Assembly (NCBI GenBank): GCA_964477125.1
Contig: CAYZCZ010000001.1
Coordinates: 43,790 to 107,789 of the forward strand
Origin: an uncultured Candidatus Saccharibacteria bacterium
GTDB taxonomy: Bacteria; Patescibacteriota; Saccharimonadia; Saccharimonadales; CAIOMD01
Length of the DNA stretch: 64,000 nucleotides
Direction: 5' to 3'
The notes under the pieces were generated by a model that worked only from the letters and a program-made list of their open reading frames with translations, searched no databases and was not told the DNA's origin. Made by a program: the position numbers and the translations under genes. This document shows, in pieces, positions 50,853 to 60,734 of the stretch (positions within the stretch are counted from its first letter, which is position 1; every line of letters begins with the position of its first letter).

Positions 50853-52739
50853 ATGACGACTAGTACCATCACTGCTGAATATCCAATAGATAGCAGGAGC
50901 GTAGAATTCCATCCAAGGATTAAGGCGATTGCCCTAATGATAGGTAAAGCAATCACTTGTTCTGATGTTTATTCTGAGCAAGAAGCTTCAGAAATTGCAC
51001 ATGCGATTGCCAGCAAAGATTTCGCTAAAGTTTTAGAAATTACAGATTCCTTAAATAGGATTAATCTTTCATCTGAGATTATTCGTGATGATAAAATATC
51101 TAAATATATTCCTGTTTGGAGTATTAGTAGTAATTTTATAAAAGAATATGAAGGTAAGGGTGGACTATTATACTTAATCGAACCTGAAAATTTACCAAAA
51201 CTTAGCACAATAATTGATGAGCTACAGTTAAAATATATAAGTAATGAACTTAGCAAAGATGAGAAAATTGCTTACGTAAAATTACTTGAAACTCTTTTCT
51301 ACATTTCATATTGCCAACAATCTAGTACCGGTCAGGATATTCCAACAAGAAACCAATGCACAGAGCCAAATGATAATATATTCACTGGTCAAAATATAAT
51401 TCCGAGTAGATTTAAACATGGTAGAGGTGGTCTTCAAGGCCTTGCGTTTAGATCAGGTCGGTACCTTTCTTACATAGCATCTTCAAATGATTCTGAAAAC
51501 TTACCACTAGGAAGACTTAGAGATGAATTATTAGATAATACAAAAGACACCATAGAAACAATTAATTCATTTGTATTACGTAAAGTACTAGGTGACAGTG
51601 CAAACTCTATGATTCAAGACATTAAAGAAATACTAGAAAATGAAGAGCTTTTAGAATTATTCCATGAAACTAAAGTAAATATCCTAGAAGAAATTGATGC
51701 GTACAACAATAAAGAAATCGTCAAAGCAAATCCTACAAATATTGAGTGGGACCCTACAGTCGACTTTTTAACGGCAGATTTAAGCGAAATTGATATTTTC
51801 CAAAATCCAAGCTCGCCTACGGATTTGTATTCACCCACCGAAACAAATAACGAAGATACTGATAGAGTTCGGTTAGATTATGATCGTATAAAATTTCTCC
51901 GTGAATTAGGAATTTTAATCATAGAATCGGGAAGAAATGCTTCTTTATTTAGGTCATTTAGCCTAGGCAACAGCAGACGTAGTGTGCACGATAGATACTT
52001 CTGTCTAAGTGTTGAGCACCCAGAGGACCCTACGAAAACCATTGCAATTGCCGATAATCCAGTAATGAGGCACAACGCCATCTATGTTGTCGATGAAGCC
52101 TGTACAAAAATAGATCCTGACAGTGGTATAACCTATGAATGGAAAGATGTAATTGGCTGTGGAAATAAACGTGATGCATATGAAATGGGTGCATACATTT
52201 TGTATCATAGTGGCAATTGGAAGGATGACATAATAAAAATAGTGCAAAATGGTTTAGAGCATAGGGTGTCTAGGCCTATAGTAGTATCTGCTCTAGATGC
52301 ACCAGAAAATGAAGAAGATACTATTATAGATCTTACTACTTCAAATAATGATGAAGCTACCAAAGATGATACCGAAAGCCCATCAGAACCAAGTTTACAA
52401 GATGAAATTAAGGATAAAGAGCCAGAGCAAGAAATTGAAGAGGAAATAAATTTAGTAAATGAAGTGCTCAACGATATTGCCCGGCTAAAGAATGAGCGTG
52501 ATCAGTTAAAGAGAGAAGTTGAAGAAGCTACAGCAACTAATTTGGAGCTAGTTAGGCAAAAAGAAATTGCTTTAAATCGGCAAAAAGAAATTGAACGTAT
52601 GCATGCTGAAGAAATAAAGAAAATCCAAGAAGATTCTGAAGCAAAATCTAAAGAAGATAAAAAGCGTATAGAAGTTTTAGAAGCTCAAAGAGATTCATTA
52701 CAAAAAAGTCTCAAAAACATTATCGACGCTTTAAACTAA
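50853..52739 (+). CDS. Large hypothetical protein: globular central domain, acidic linker, C-terminal coiled coil
   Basis: Long ORF; D/E-rich linker and heptads in the last ~100 aa; start re-called at 50853. Confidence 0.75.
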   Translation: MTTSTITAEYPIDSRSVEFHPRIKAIALMIGKAITCSDVYSEQEASEIAHAIASKDFAKVLEITDSLNRINLSSEIIRDDKISKYIPVWSISSNFIKEYEGKGGLLYLIEPENLPKLSTIIDELQLKYISNELSKDEKIAYVKLLETLFYISYCQQSSTGQDIPTRNQCTEPNDNIFTGQNIIPSRFKHGRGGLQGLAFRSGRYLSYIASSNDSENLPLGRLRDELLDNTKDTIETINSFVLRKVLGDSANSMIQDIKEILENEELLELFHETKVNILEEIDAYNNKEIVKANPTNIEWDPTVDFLTADLSEIDIFQNPSSPTDLYSPTETNNEDTDRVRLDYDRIKFLRELGILIIESGRNASLFRSFSLGNSRRSVHDRYFCLSVEHPEDPTKTIAIADNPVMRHNAIYVVDEACTKIDPDSGITYEWKDVIGCGNKRDAYEMGAYILYHSGNWKDDIIKIVQNGLEHRVSRPIVVSALDAPENEEDTIIDLTTSNNDEATKDDTESPSEPSLQDEIKDKEPEQEIEEEINLVNEVLNDIARLKNERDQLKREVEEATATNLELVRQKEIALNRQKEIERMHAEEIKKIQEDSEAKSKEDKKRIEVLEAQRDSLQKSLKNIIDALN

Positions 52740-52754
52740 CTTATAATTTATTGC

Positions 52755-53516
52755 TCATATGCTCAGCAAATATTTTGGTATTGGGTCGGTATTTACGTCC
52801 CCAATTATTATATCGGCTTCATCCTTAAGTTCTTGCACCGCATTATCTACAGCAACCTTAGTACCAACTGCATCAAAAATCTGTAGGTCATTATAGCCAT
52901 TTCCTATTCCAATAGTTTCAGTTCTTTCAATACCATTCTGTGTCTGAATTCTTTCAATAGCTTTCGTCTTACTAGCTTCTTTATGTGCAACTAAGACATC
53001 AACCCCATCAATACTATACCCGTTCATTTTTACCGCACGAACATCATCTAACTCATTGAAGTTATCAATTAGCTCGTTGGCACGCTCGTGGCTTAGCCCT
53101 ATAATGTCCATTAATAAACACGTTTCGCTTTTTAATAAACGATTAAGCTCCCAACCACCGTTTTCATAATCTTCCGCCTTATAATCATTAAATAATATCT
53201 TAGTTTCGGGATATTTACTTAGGATTGATTTGATTTTATTTAACTGGTAATTAGGTAAGTAAAATGATTCTGTAATTTGATAGGTGTATGGGTTCACAAT
53301 CATAGAACCACCACCCAAAATACATGGTGCAGTAAAATGTGCCGATTGAAGCACGGGTAAAGACCAACTATAAGACCTACCAGTCGCACAGCCAACTATA
53401 ATATCATCACGAATTTGCTGTACAGTATTTATAAATTTCAGGCTTGGTAACTGTTTAGTAGGGGAATCCAATAATGTTTGATCTAAATCTAAAATTACAA
53501 GCTTAGGTTTATTCAT
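52755..53516 (-). CDS. Cof-type HAD-IIB hydrolase
   Basis: DLDQTLL, ATGR, SK..A, GNGYND (GDxxND variant), NA...K..AD. Confidence 0.9.
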   Translation of the reverse strand: MNKPKLVILDLDQTLLDSPTKQLPSLKFINTVQQIRDDIIVGCATGRSYSWSLPVLQSAHFTAPCILGGGSMIVNPYTYQITESFYLPNYQLNKIKSILSKYPETKILFNDYKAEDYENGGWELNRLLKSETCLLMDIIGLSHERANELIDNFNELDDVRAVKMNGYSIDGVDVLVAHKEASKTKAIERIQTQNGIERTETIGIGNGYNDLQIFDAVGTKVAVDNAVQELKDEADIIIGDVNTDPIPKYLLSI

Positions 53517-53573
53517 TTGTAATAATTATACATATAGTCTAGCAAGATCATATATAATAATTTCTAAATATGA

Positions 53574-53610
53574 AAAATGGACATCCTTCTATCAGCAGAA
53601 TGTCCATTTT
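53574..53610 (-). terminator. Probable terminator of the ECF operon
   Basis: AAAATGGACAT / ATGTCCATTTT inverted repeat. Confidence 0.65.
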
Positions 53611-53627
53611 AATAACCTAGCTAATGG

Positions 53628-54083
53628 CTATCTATTTTGGCGACCGTATCCACCTTGGCCTTGCATTGTACCATCGTGTGTTGCAGTTGCATGACGATTA
53701 TTTTGCCATTCAACTCTTTTTTGAACTTCTTCGGCACTTAGGCCCTTAGCTTGCCAACGCGCTTTAGAGGCTTCAGTCATTTTAGCCTGATAATCGGCAG
53801 TGCTAATTTTCTTATCAGCAATAATTTTATCCATTGTCTTACTTTTTAGTGCTTCAGTTAGCTCAGCTGAAGACATGCCAACTGCTTTTGCTCGAGCATC
53901 TAAAGATGCCTGATAGCCACTACCCGCACCCATACCAGCTCCAGATCCATCATGTAAACCTACGCTACTTCCAGAACGAGCCTGTTGTTGCGCTGTCTGG
54001 GCATTTGCTACAAATGGAACAGCCGCAAAAGCTCCTATTACCGCAAAACCAGCTATGCTACCTAGTATTAATTTATTTTTCAT
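53628..54083 (-). CDS. Exported helical protein with Gly-rich tails
   Basis: AGGAG SD, signal peptide ending ANA, A...GMS..EL..AL motif, HDGSG and HDGT repeats. Confidence 0.75.
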   Translation of the reverse strand: MKNKLILGSIAGFAVIGAFAAVPFVANAQTAQQQARSGSSVGLHDGSGAGMGAGSGYQASLDARAKAVGMSSAELTEALKSKTMDKIIADKKISTADYQAKMTEASKARWQAKGLSAEEVQKRVEWQNNRHATATHDGTMQGQGGYGRQNR

Positions 54084-54143
54084 ACGCAACTCCTATTCTT
54101 ATTATATTTGCATATATATTACAGTTGATCCTACAAAATTATT

Positions 54144-54650
54144 TCAATAATTATTTTGTAAATTATAGCCTCGGCCATTGCCAGGGCCATTTCGCTGTAC
54201 ACTACTATTACCTGAATGATTATTTTGTTTAGTATGGTGACCAATATTGGTATATGACAACCCTATACCAATAAACACTGAAACTATTAAAAATATTAAA
54301 ATAATTGTGCTGATTTTATACCTGTACAGTCGGCTATATTTACGTAATAACCAGAAGGCCATACCAGCTAGTAATAATGACAATACAACTGACCACCATG
54401 GAAATGTGGCTATTGTTTCACTAAGATTTTGTCGAGCACCATAAGCAGGGGTAGAAGCAGTTTGTATACGAATTAAAAACGTTAGTATGCTTATAAAGTA
54501 TGCAAATGCCAAACCAGCACCCAAACTTGCTACAATACCTAAAAGCCAAAGAAAAGTGAAAAATAGACGTGGCTTCATTCGGACAGAACCACTATGTATT
54601 TTATTCATTACCTCGGATTGTATTTCTGTTGTATTGCTCTTTTTAGTCAT
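54144..54650 (-). CDS. Three-TM membrane protein, putative anti-sigma factor
   Basis: Overlaps the ECF stop (ATGA); VM.KI....V.MKP N-terminus, PWW, Gly-rich tail. Confidence 0.65.
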   Translation of the reverse strand: MTKKSNTTEIQSEVMNKIHSGSVRMKPRLFFTFLWLLGIVASLGAGLAFAYFISILTFLIRIQTASTPAYGARQNLSETIATFPWWSVVLSLLLAGMAFWLLRKYSRLYRYKISTIILIFLIVSVFIGIGLSYTNIGHHTKQNNHSGNSSVQRNGPGNGRGYNLQNNY

Positions 54651-55210
54651 CGCTTTAATCCTTTCTTCTCACAAATCCGCTTAAGCATACTTTTGCCCCT
54701 CGAAGCCCATACCCCAACAGTTGAAGCGGGTATATGCAATACATCTGCAATTTCGTTATATTTCATATTCTCATAATACTGAAGCATTAATACCTCGCGA
54801 TATTTAATATCTAGGCTATCCAAGCAGGCTTTCACATCTCCTTGTAATATTGCTGTATCAATATCTTGAATTGTGCTGGCCTCATAGGTTCCTTCGGCGA
54901 TCTCTTCGACATCTAATCCGCCAACAATATGTTTGTCACGCTTCACCGCATTCATTGCCTCGTTATGAGCTATACGATAAATCCATGAAGAAAATTTATA
55001 CTTTGCGTTAAAACCTTGTAAATTTTTGTAACATTTAATAAAGGTGTCTTGAACCACGTCGCTAGACATTGCCTCGTTGTGTATTAAGTAAATAACATAT
55101 CTCATAAGTCTGGGCTCATACCTATGCATAAGTTCAGCAAAAGCATCTACATCGCCATTGATTACTTTTAATACAATTTCTTCGTCTTTTGTATCGGACA
55201 ATTTATGCAT
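54647..55210 (-). CDS. ECF RNA polymerase sigma factor (SigW/RpoE-like)
   Basis: GD.DAF..L..RY, D.VQDTF, FSSWIYRIA.N, region 4 Y.EIA..L.IP..TV. Confidence 0.93.
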   Translation of the reverse strand: MHKLSDTKDEEIVLKVINGDVDAFAELMHRYEPRLMRYVIYLIHNEAMSSDVVQDTFIKCYKNLQGFNAKYKFSSWIYRIAHNEAMNAVKRDKHIVGGLDVEEIAEGTYEASTIQDIDTAILQGDVKACLDSLDIKYREVLMLQYYENMKYNEIADVLHIPASTVGVWASRGKSMLKRICEKKGLKR

Positions 55211-55219
55211 ATATATAGT

Positions 55220-55876
55220 TTAACGCGATAATTGCCTATTAAATGCAGATAGATGTTTTTTTGATCCACTTAACAATGATCCATAAACAGATTTTATATC
55301 TGTATCAGAACTGCTTAAGCTTGAAAGGGAACTATTTAAATTTGCAATATCCAGTTCTTCTATAGCTACTCCAACCTTGAGTGCATCAATGGAACTATTA
55401 TTGCCTTGGGCAATTAATTTATTGTATAAATCTTGTAGAGATTGATCTTTAAAGACGCCTGCAGATGCACTCCTTGGGTCAGATATATTTCTGCTTTGCA
55501 TAACGCTAAGTAACTGGTTCTGATGGTTTTGCTCACTATTTTGAATATTACTAAAAACTCGTGATCCCCATTTATCATATATAGCTACATAAACATCATG
55601 GGCTAGTTTTTCTTCTTCTATCATATATTCTAATGACCTAGAGCTTGTAGTTACATTTACTGGAGCAACAGTATTGGCGCTAGGTTCAGTAGGAGTAAAT
55701 TTTGTATCATTATTAATCCTTTGGCCACCATTACGCCCCTTGCCCTGGATATTTTGTGCAACCGTCTTGCTATCTTTTTGCACAATAATTAAGCCACCAA
55801 TAATAACTAACGTTGCAATAATGAATATAGACAATGCTTGATTCTTAGATATCCTTGTGATTTTAGCTAACTTCAT
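55220..55876 (-). CDS. DUF2202 ferritin-like domain protein with N-terminal membrane anchor
   Basis: EEEKLAHDVY, F.NI..SE..H, IEELDI..L, VY..L..GS..HL.AF; start re-called at 55876. Confidence 0.85.
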   Translation of the reverse strand: MKLAKITRISKNQALSIFIIATLVIIGGLIIVQKDSKTVAQNIQGKGRNGGQRINNDTKFTPTEPSANTVAPVNVTTSSRSLEYMIEEEKLAHDVYVAIYDKWGSRVFSNIQNSEQNHQNQLLSVMQSRNISDPRSASAGVFKDQSLQDLYNKLIAQGNNSSIDALKVGVAIEELDIANLNSSLSSLSSSDTDIKSVYGSLLSGSKKHLSAFNRQLSR

Positions 55877-56159
55877 ATATAAACCTTTCTGCTCATACTT
55901 GTAATACAACTTACGAATGTAATATATTTCAACAATATTAATCCAATAACTTTGATAGTTTAGCAAGGCAACTTTATTGCGTAAAAAAAGTATATTAATG
56001 AGCGAACAACTCCTCACTAATTAAGGTTGTGTTTTTGACCATGCTGATACCCCGCCAGAAACAATAGGCCTAAAATAGCAAGCTACTTTTTATTAAGACA
56101 AAAGGACTACAAAAACGATATTGAATGTTGATATACTAAAGCTGTAACTAAAGGAGGTC

Positions 56160-56495
56160 TTGGTGAATTGTCCAGTAGATAACGAACAGCTATTAATGTC
56201 AGATAAGCAAGGCGTAGAAATAGATTATTGTCCAAAATGTCGCGGAGTATGGTTGGATAGGGGGGAGCTAGATAAAATTATCGACAAAGCTAGTAGCCTA
56301 CCTGGCTCAGGTAGTGTATATCAACAACCAACCCCTAGCCAACAACCACCACAGTACAATAATTATCAGCAGCAGCGCTCCGAGCCTCAACCACAATACG
56401 ACCAAAGGCAATATTCTGATAAACACGATGATGATTATAAATACAAGAAAAAGAAGAAAAAAGAAAACTTTCTGGGCGATTTATTTGATTTCTAG
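56160..56495 (+). CDS. zf-TFIIB-like zinc-ribbon protein
   Basis: CPVD...GVEIDYCPKCRGVWLDRGELDKII, Q-rich linker, KKKK..FL.DLFD tail; AGGAGG SD. Confidence 0.9.
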   Translation: MVNCPVDNEQLLMSDKQGVEIDYCPKCRGVWLDRGELDKIIDKASSLPGSGSVYQQPTPSQQPPQYNNYQQQRSEPQPQYDQRQYSDKHDDDYKYKKKKKKENFLGDLFDF

Positions 56496-56543
56496 CCTGC
56501 TATAATAAAACATAATAATATGGCTGAAACGAAAAATTATTAG

Positions 56544-57872
56544 GTGACAACTATTCTGCTATTCTGTTTATTTATATTTCTTGTTATTTTATGTGGCTTT
56601 TTTGTAGCTTCTGAATTTGCACTATTAACAGTTCAAAAACAAACAATACAAAAACAAGCCAATAGTGGTGATAAAAAAGCTAAAGGCGTGCTGACTGCAC
56701 TTTCTACCTTATCAACACAATTATCGGGCACACAAATTGGCATTACTGTATCTTCGCTCGCCATTGGTTTAATAAGCGAGCCATTGCTGGGGCCAATAAT
56801 TGAAGAGCTATTAAATTTTACAAATATTAGCGAAAAACAGGTTTCGTTCATTGCCGTTATTGTTGGGACAATTACGGCTACTGTCATTACAATGCTTTTC
56901 GGTGAATTAATACCTAAGAATATAGCAATAGCAAAACCAGTAGCAGTAGTAAAGTTTGTTCAGGGAAAACTACGTATTTTCAATAAAATTATGTATTTTC
57001 CAATAAAATTTCTTAAAAAAAGTGCAAATTTATTTTTAATACTAGTTGGTGTTAAGCCCAAAGACAAACTGGCATCGGCAAGATCGGCAGATGAATTAAT
57101 GTCAGTGGTTCGTCGCTCAGCCGAAATGGGCATGCTACCAAAACAAACTGCTTTGTTATTAGAAAGATCAATGCAATTCGACGACATGATAACTAAAGAT
57201 GTTATGACGCCCCTATTTAGAATAAAAACTATAAATAGCGATGAAAGTATTAACGATTTATTTAAACTTTCAAAAAAAACCGGACATTCTCGCTTCCCAG
57301 TCTATAAAAACAACGAAATTATTGGGCTAGTACACATTAAGCAAGCGCTATCTATTCCAAATGAAAAACGAACCATAACAGCAATAGAAAAAATATTAAC
57401 AAAACCAATTTTTATTCCTTCTGTGTTAAAGCTAGATTCATTATTACCCCTTCTGCAAAAAAGCAAATTTCAAACTGGTATAGTCATTGACGAATACGGC
57501 GACATAGACGGTATGGTAACCATTGAAGATCTTATAGAAGAACTAGTCGGAGAGGTGCATGACGAGCACGATCCAACAAGCAAAAGAGTAGTAAAGCTTA
57601 CAAAAAATAGTTGGCGACTTGCTGGCATATTACGCCTTGATGAAATAGCAATACAAACCGACATTTATTTGCCTGAAAACGAGGAATACGAAACTATAGG
57701 TGGCTTATTATTCGACAAGCTAGAACGTTTGCCAATTGTTAACGATCAAATAACTGTCGATGCTGTCAATCGAAGTGGGACTAAAATTATAGCAACACTA
57801 GCAGTACAGGCTATGGATAACCGCCGAGTTGATCAAGTTATTATGAAAATCAGGAAAGTGAACAATAAATAA
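56544..57872 (+). CDS. CNNM/DUF21-CBS-CorC (hemolysin/TlyC, Mg2+ transporter CorB-like) protein
   Basis: FVASEFAL, Q.GIT, GELIPK, GHSRFPV, DEYG...G.VT.ED..EE.VGE..DE.D. Confidence 0.93.
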   Translation: MTTILLFCLFIFLVILCGFFVASEFALLTVQKQTIQKQANSGDKKAKGVLTALSTLSTQLSGTQIGITVSSLAIGLISEPLLGPIIEELLNFTNISEKQVSFIAVIVGTITATVITMLFGELIPKNIAIAKPVAVVKFVQGKLRIFNKIMYFPIKFLKKSANLFLILVGVKPKDKLASARSADELMSVVRRSAEMGMLPKQTALLLERSMQFDDMITKDVMTPLFRIKTINSDESINDLFKLSKKTGHSRFPVYKNNEIIGLVHIKQALSIPNEKRTITAIEKILTKPIFIPSVLKLDSLLPLLQKSKFQTGIVIDEYGDIDGMVTIEDLIEELVGEVHDEHDPTSKRVVKLTKNSWRLAGILRLDEIAIQTDIYLPENEEYETIGGLLFDKLERLPIVNDQITVDAVNRSGTKIIATLAVQAMDNRRVDQVIMKIRKVNNK

Positions 57873-58909
57873 TGTCTATTGGTTTGGCTATTATTATTGG
57901 ATTTTTAGCCTTAGCTGGAAATGCTTTTTTTGTCGGCGCAGAATTCGGTTTGGTATCTGCTAGAAGGAGTAGTATAGAGAACCTTGCTAACAAAGGCTCC
58001 AAATATGCAAAGAAAACTTTATTTGCTATGGAAAATGTTTCAATAATGTTAACCACGGCTCAATTTGCAATAACATTATTTTCACTTATATTAGGTGCAG
58101 TTTCCGAACCTTTAATTGCCAACCTACTAGCAAAGCCTCTCGGTAATTTAGGCTTAAATAGTACAGGCGTGCACATTATTTCTATAGGTATGGCTCTTTC
58201 AATTATGACTTATATACACGTTGTTATAGGTGAAATGATTCCAAAATATTTAGCCATAGCACGGCCTGAAAAAACTGCAATAATGCTTGTCCCAGGGCTA
58301 GTGTTTGTATTTCAGTTGCTAAAACCAATAGTATTTGCACTTAATAGTTTTGCGAATGTATTTTTAAAAATGATTAAAGTTACTCCAAAAGACGAAATAA
58401 CAAGCGTGTACACTAGGGACGAAGTTGCAGGTTTTATATATGAATCAGCTAACGAAGGGCTAATAGACGATGAAGAAGTTGAATTATTAAAAGGAGCATT
58501 ACTACTAGATGAAGTTGCGCTCGAAAAAATACTTATAACCTTAGATAGTGTCATTGCAATTAACCCAAAAAGTACAGTTAAAGATATTCAATTATTAGTT
58601 AATAAATATGGCTTTTCGAGATATCCAGTAATTTACAACAATGAATGTACTGGCTATGTACACATTAAAGATTGTATTGATATAGACGAAAGCAACCTAA
58701 ATGAACCACTTAACAATAAATATATTAGACCATTGTCAAAAATTAGTACTAATGAATCTTTAAGAAGTGTTCTATCAAAAATGCAAAACGAGCGCTGTCA
58801 TCTTGGCTTAGTGTATAACAAAAATAAAGCAATCGGTGTAATTGCCCTTGAAGATGTACTAGAAATACTAGTTGGTACAATCCACGACCAAACTCATCGA
58901 AAGTTTTAA
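57872..58909 (+). CDS. CNNM/DUF21-CBS protein, second paralogue lacking the CorC domain
   Basis: NAFFVGAEF, HVVIGEMIPK, GFSRYPV, LED.LE.LVG. Confidence 0.92.
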   Translation: MSIGLAIIIGFLALAGNAFFVGAEFGLVSARRSSIENLANKGSKYAKKTLFAMENVSIMLTTAQFAITLFSLILGAVSEPLIANLLAKPLGNLGLNSTGVHIISIGMALSIMTYIHVVIGEMIPKYLAIARPEKTAIMLVPGLVFVFQLLKPIVFALNSFANVFLKMIKVTPKDEITSVYTRDEVAGFIYESANEGLIDDEEVELLKGALLLDEVALEKILITLDSVIAINPKSTVKDIQLLVNKYGFSRYPVIYNNECTGYVHIKDCIDIDESNLNEPLNNKYIRPLSKISTNESLRSVLSKMQNERCHLGLVYNKNKAIGVIALEDVLEILVGTIHDQTHRKF

Positions 58910-59022
58910 AATTTATATTTTTGCTAATTATAACTTGCAATTCACATGCCTAAAGCAAATAAGTAGATGCGCGAAAATTATATTGATATTTATTGAAATG
59001 CTATTGTGATTTGTTTACAATC

Positions 59023-59358
59023 ATGGCTGTGAAGACAAATAAAAAGTATTTTATAATAGGACCAGTAATATTAATAGCAATAATTATTGTTTGCGCCGTT
59101 TTGTTTAGTAAAAATAGCCATAATAACGACATAAAAGACGACCCTCCGACTGGAAGGGTGAGTGAATGTCAACAATTTGCAAGTTCTTACATTGGCTTAA
59201 ATGAGCAAGATGCCATTACAACAGCCAATAAAGATAATCTTACATACCGGGTTACAGAACGTAACGGTGAAGGTTTGCCGTCAACTATGGATTATTCACC
59301 GAATAGGCTAAACTTTGCTGTAACAAACAATAAAATTGTATCTGCTAATTGCGGCTAA
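59023..59358 (+). CDS. Membrane-anchored protein with I78/potato-inhibitor-like C-terminal domain
   Basis: TM, C....YIG, TMDYSPNRLNF, terminal CG. Confidence 0.65.
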   Translation: MAVKTNKKYFIIGPVILIAIIIVCAVLFSKNSHNNDIKDDPPTGRVSECQQFASSYIGLNEQDAITTANKDNLTYRVTERNGEGLPSTMDYSPNRLNFAVTNNKIVSANCG

Positions 59359-59408
59359 TAATATAAGCTTGGGCCTTAGCTTATAAAAAATTAGGATATT
59401 TTGTGATT

Positions 59409-60377
59409 TTAAAATTTTAAACTAAATTTATGCAAAACTGACTTTCGCAAGTGCCAAAAGGCGATATATCCTGGGAGTAATGGTATCCAGTAGCTTATTA
59501 ACCTATACAGCATAGTAACGCTAATTGCATCTACAGTACTTAGTCCCGCAATAGTTAAGCCGGCATATATTCCGGCTTCCGCGGAACCTAAGCCACCCGG
59601 AGTTGGTACCAATGATGCCATAATATTACCTGCCGTATATACTAACAACGCTTGGACCAGGGTTAAATCCACACCCAAAGCCTGCGCGCTTGCATATATT
59701 GCGAAGATTCCGGTAAATGTCCCCAGCCCGTTTAGTAATACCGCCAAGGCCAAGTCTTTTGGTCTATTTCTATAACTTTGTATATTACTTAACAGACTTT
59801 TTATAAAAGTATTAACTTTATTTTTTATAGAGGGTATTTGATATATTAAGAATATTAAAAATATGATCGCTATTATTATATAGATTATCTTATTTATATG
59901 TATGTTGTACGATTGAGTATCGACAATATCAAATGTAAATCCACTGATAACAAACCCAATTATTATTATAATAATGTAAGCTACTGCATTAGTAAGCCCA
60001 TTTGCTGCAATAACTGCCGTAGCTTGTGTAGCTGTATGCTTTTTTTGATTAAGGTAGTACATATTTAAAGCAACAGTACCTAATCCGCTAGGTAAAATTC
60101 TACTAACAAATAGTTCGGCGCATTCTACTTGCAAGGTTAGCTTAAACACTAGTTTATGCAAAGCTAATATAATATACTGCAATGTTAAGGCCAAAACTCC
60201 AGAAAAGAATACAACCAACCCCAATATAACCCACACAAGATCAGCATTTTTTAATGCTAATAAACTTGCTTTCAGTGCATCTATCTGCGGTATTAATACC
60301 CATAGGGCTAAAGTTAAGATTAAAGCTAGGATAATAAAGTTTTTGTATCGCTTAGCTAGGTTTTTAAAAGTTTGCAT
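59409..60377 (-). CDS. Lysylphosphatidylglycerol synthase TM / UPF0104 flippase-like membrane protein
   Basis: About 8 TMs, LPSG.G, PTPGGLG.AE, YRLISYW.P. Confidence 0.9.
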   Translation of the reverse strand: MQTFKNLAKRYKNFIILALILTLALWVLIPQIDALKASLLALKNADLVWVILGLVVFFSGVLALTLQYIILALHKLVFKLTLQVECAELFVSRILPSGLGTVALNMYYLNQKKHTATQATAVIAANGLTNAVAYIIIIIIGFVISGFTFDIVDTQSYNIHINKIIYIIIAIIFLIFLIYQIPSIKNKVNTFIKSLLSNIQSYRNRPKDLALAVLLNGLGTFTGIFAIYASAQALGVDLTLVQALLVYTAGNIMASLVPTPGGLGSAEAGIYAGLTIAGLSTVDAISVTMLYRLISYWIPLLPGYIAFWHLRKSVLHKFSLKF

Positions 60378-60458
60378 ACATGCATAAGTATATACTTACA
60401 CTGAAGTTTTTGTGGCAAATTGAAAATACATTTGCCAAAAACACCCTTACGGGCTAAA

Positions 60459-60597
60459 GGGCGGGGAAGACAATACTTTGTCTTCCCGTTCGAATCCCAG
60501 CCAACGCTTGTCATGAAAAAAGCCGGACATAAAAGTCCGAATATTTTCTTGGCTAGGCATAATTGACGAAGTTAGAACTGCATTGGTTTCTTCCTAA
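60459..60597. other. Structured non-coding element with a tRNA T-arm-like motif and a possible att/recombinase-tail remnant
   Basis: GC-rich hairpin GGGAAGACAA/TTGTCTTCCC, then GTTCGAATCCCAGCCA, then an inverted TTGGCTAGG...GAAC. Confidence 0.45.
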
Positions 60598-60734
60598 TTT
60601 AAAGATTAAATTGTTTATATGTATATTTGTTACATCTTTTTGTTACTAAATTGGTAATTTAATGAGTTGTTTTTGAAATAATTATCAGTGAATTGATGTA
60701 TTACAAATATGATAGAGAAAAATCGGTCTATTTA

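Noticed and set aside
60488-60503. tRNA gene
   Set aside because: Only a T-loop/CCA-like piece; no cloverleaf can be built upstream.
60626-60646. Direct repeat TTTGTTAC as a response-regulator site
   Set aside because: The 13-bp period does not fit the usual 10-11 bp, and the sequence is low complexity; too weak to call.
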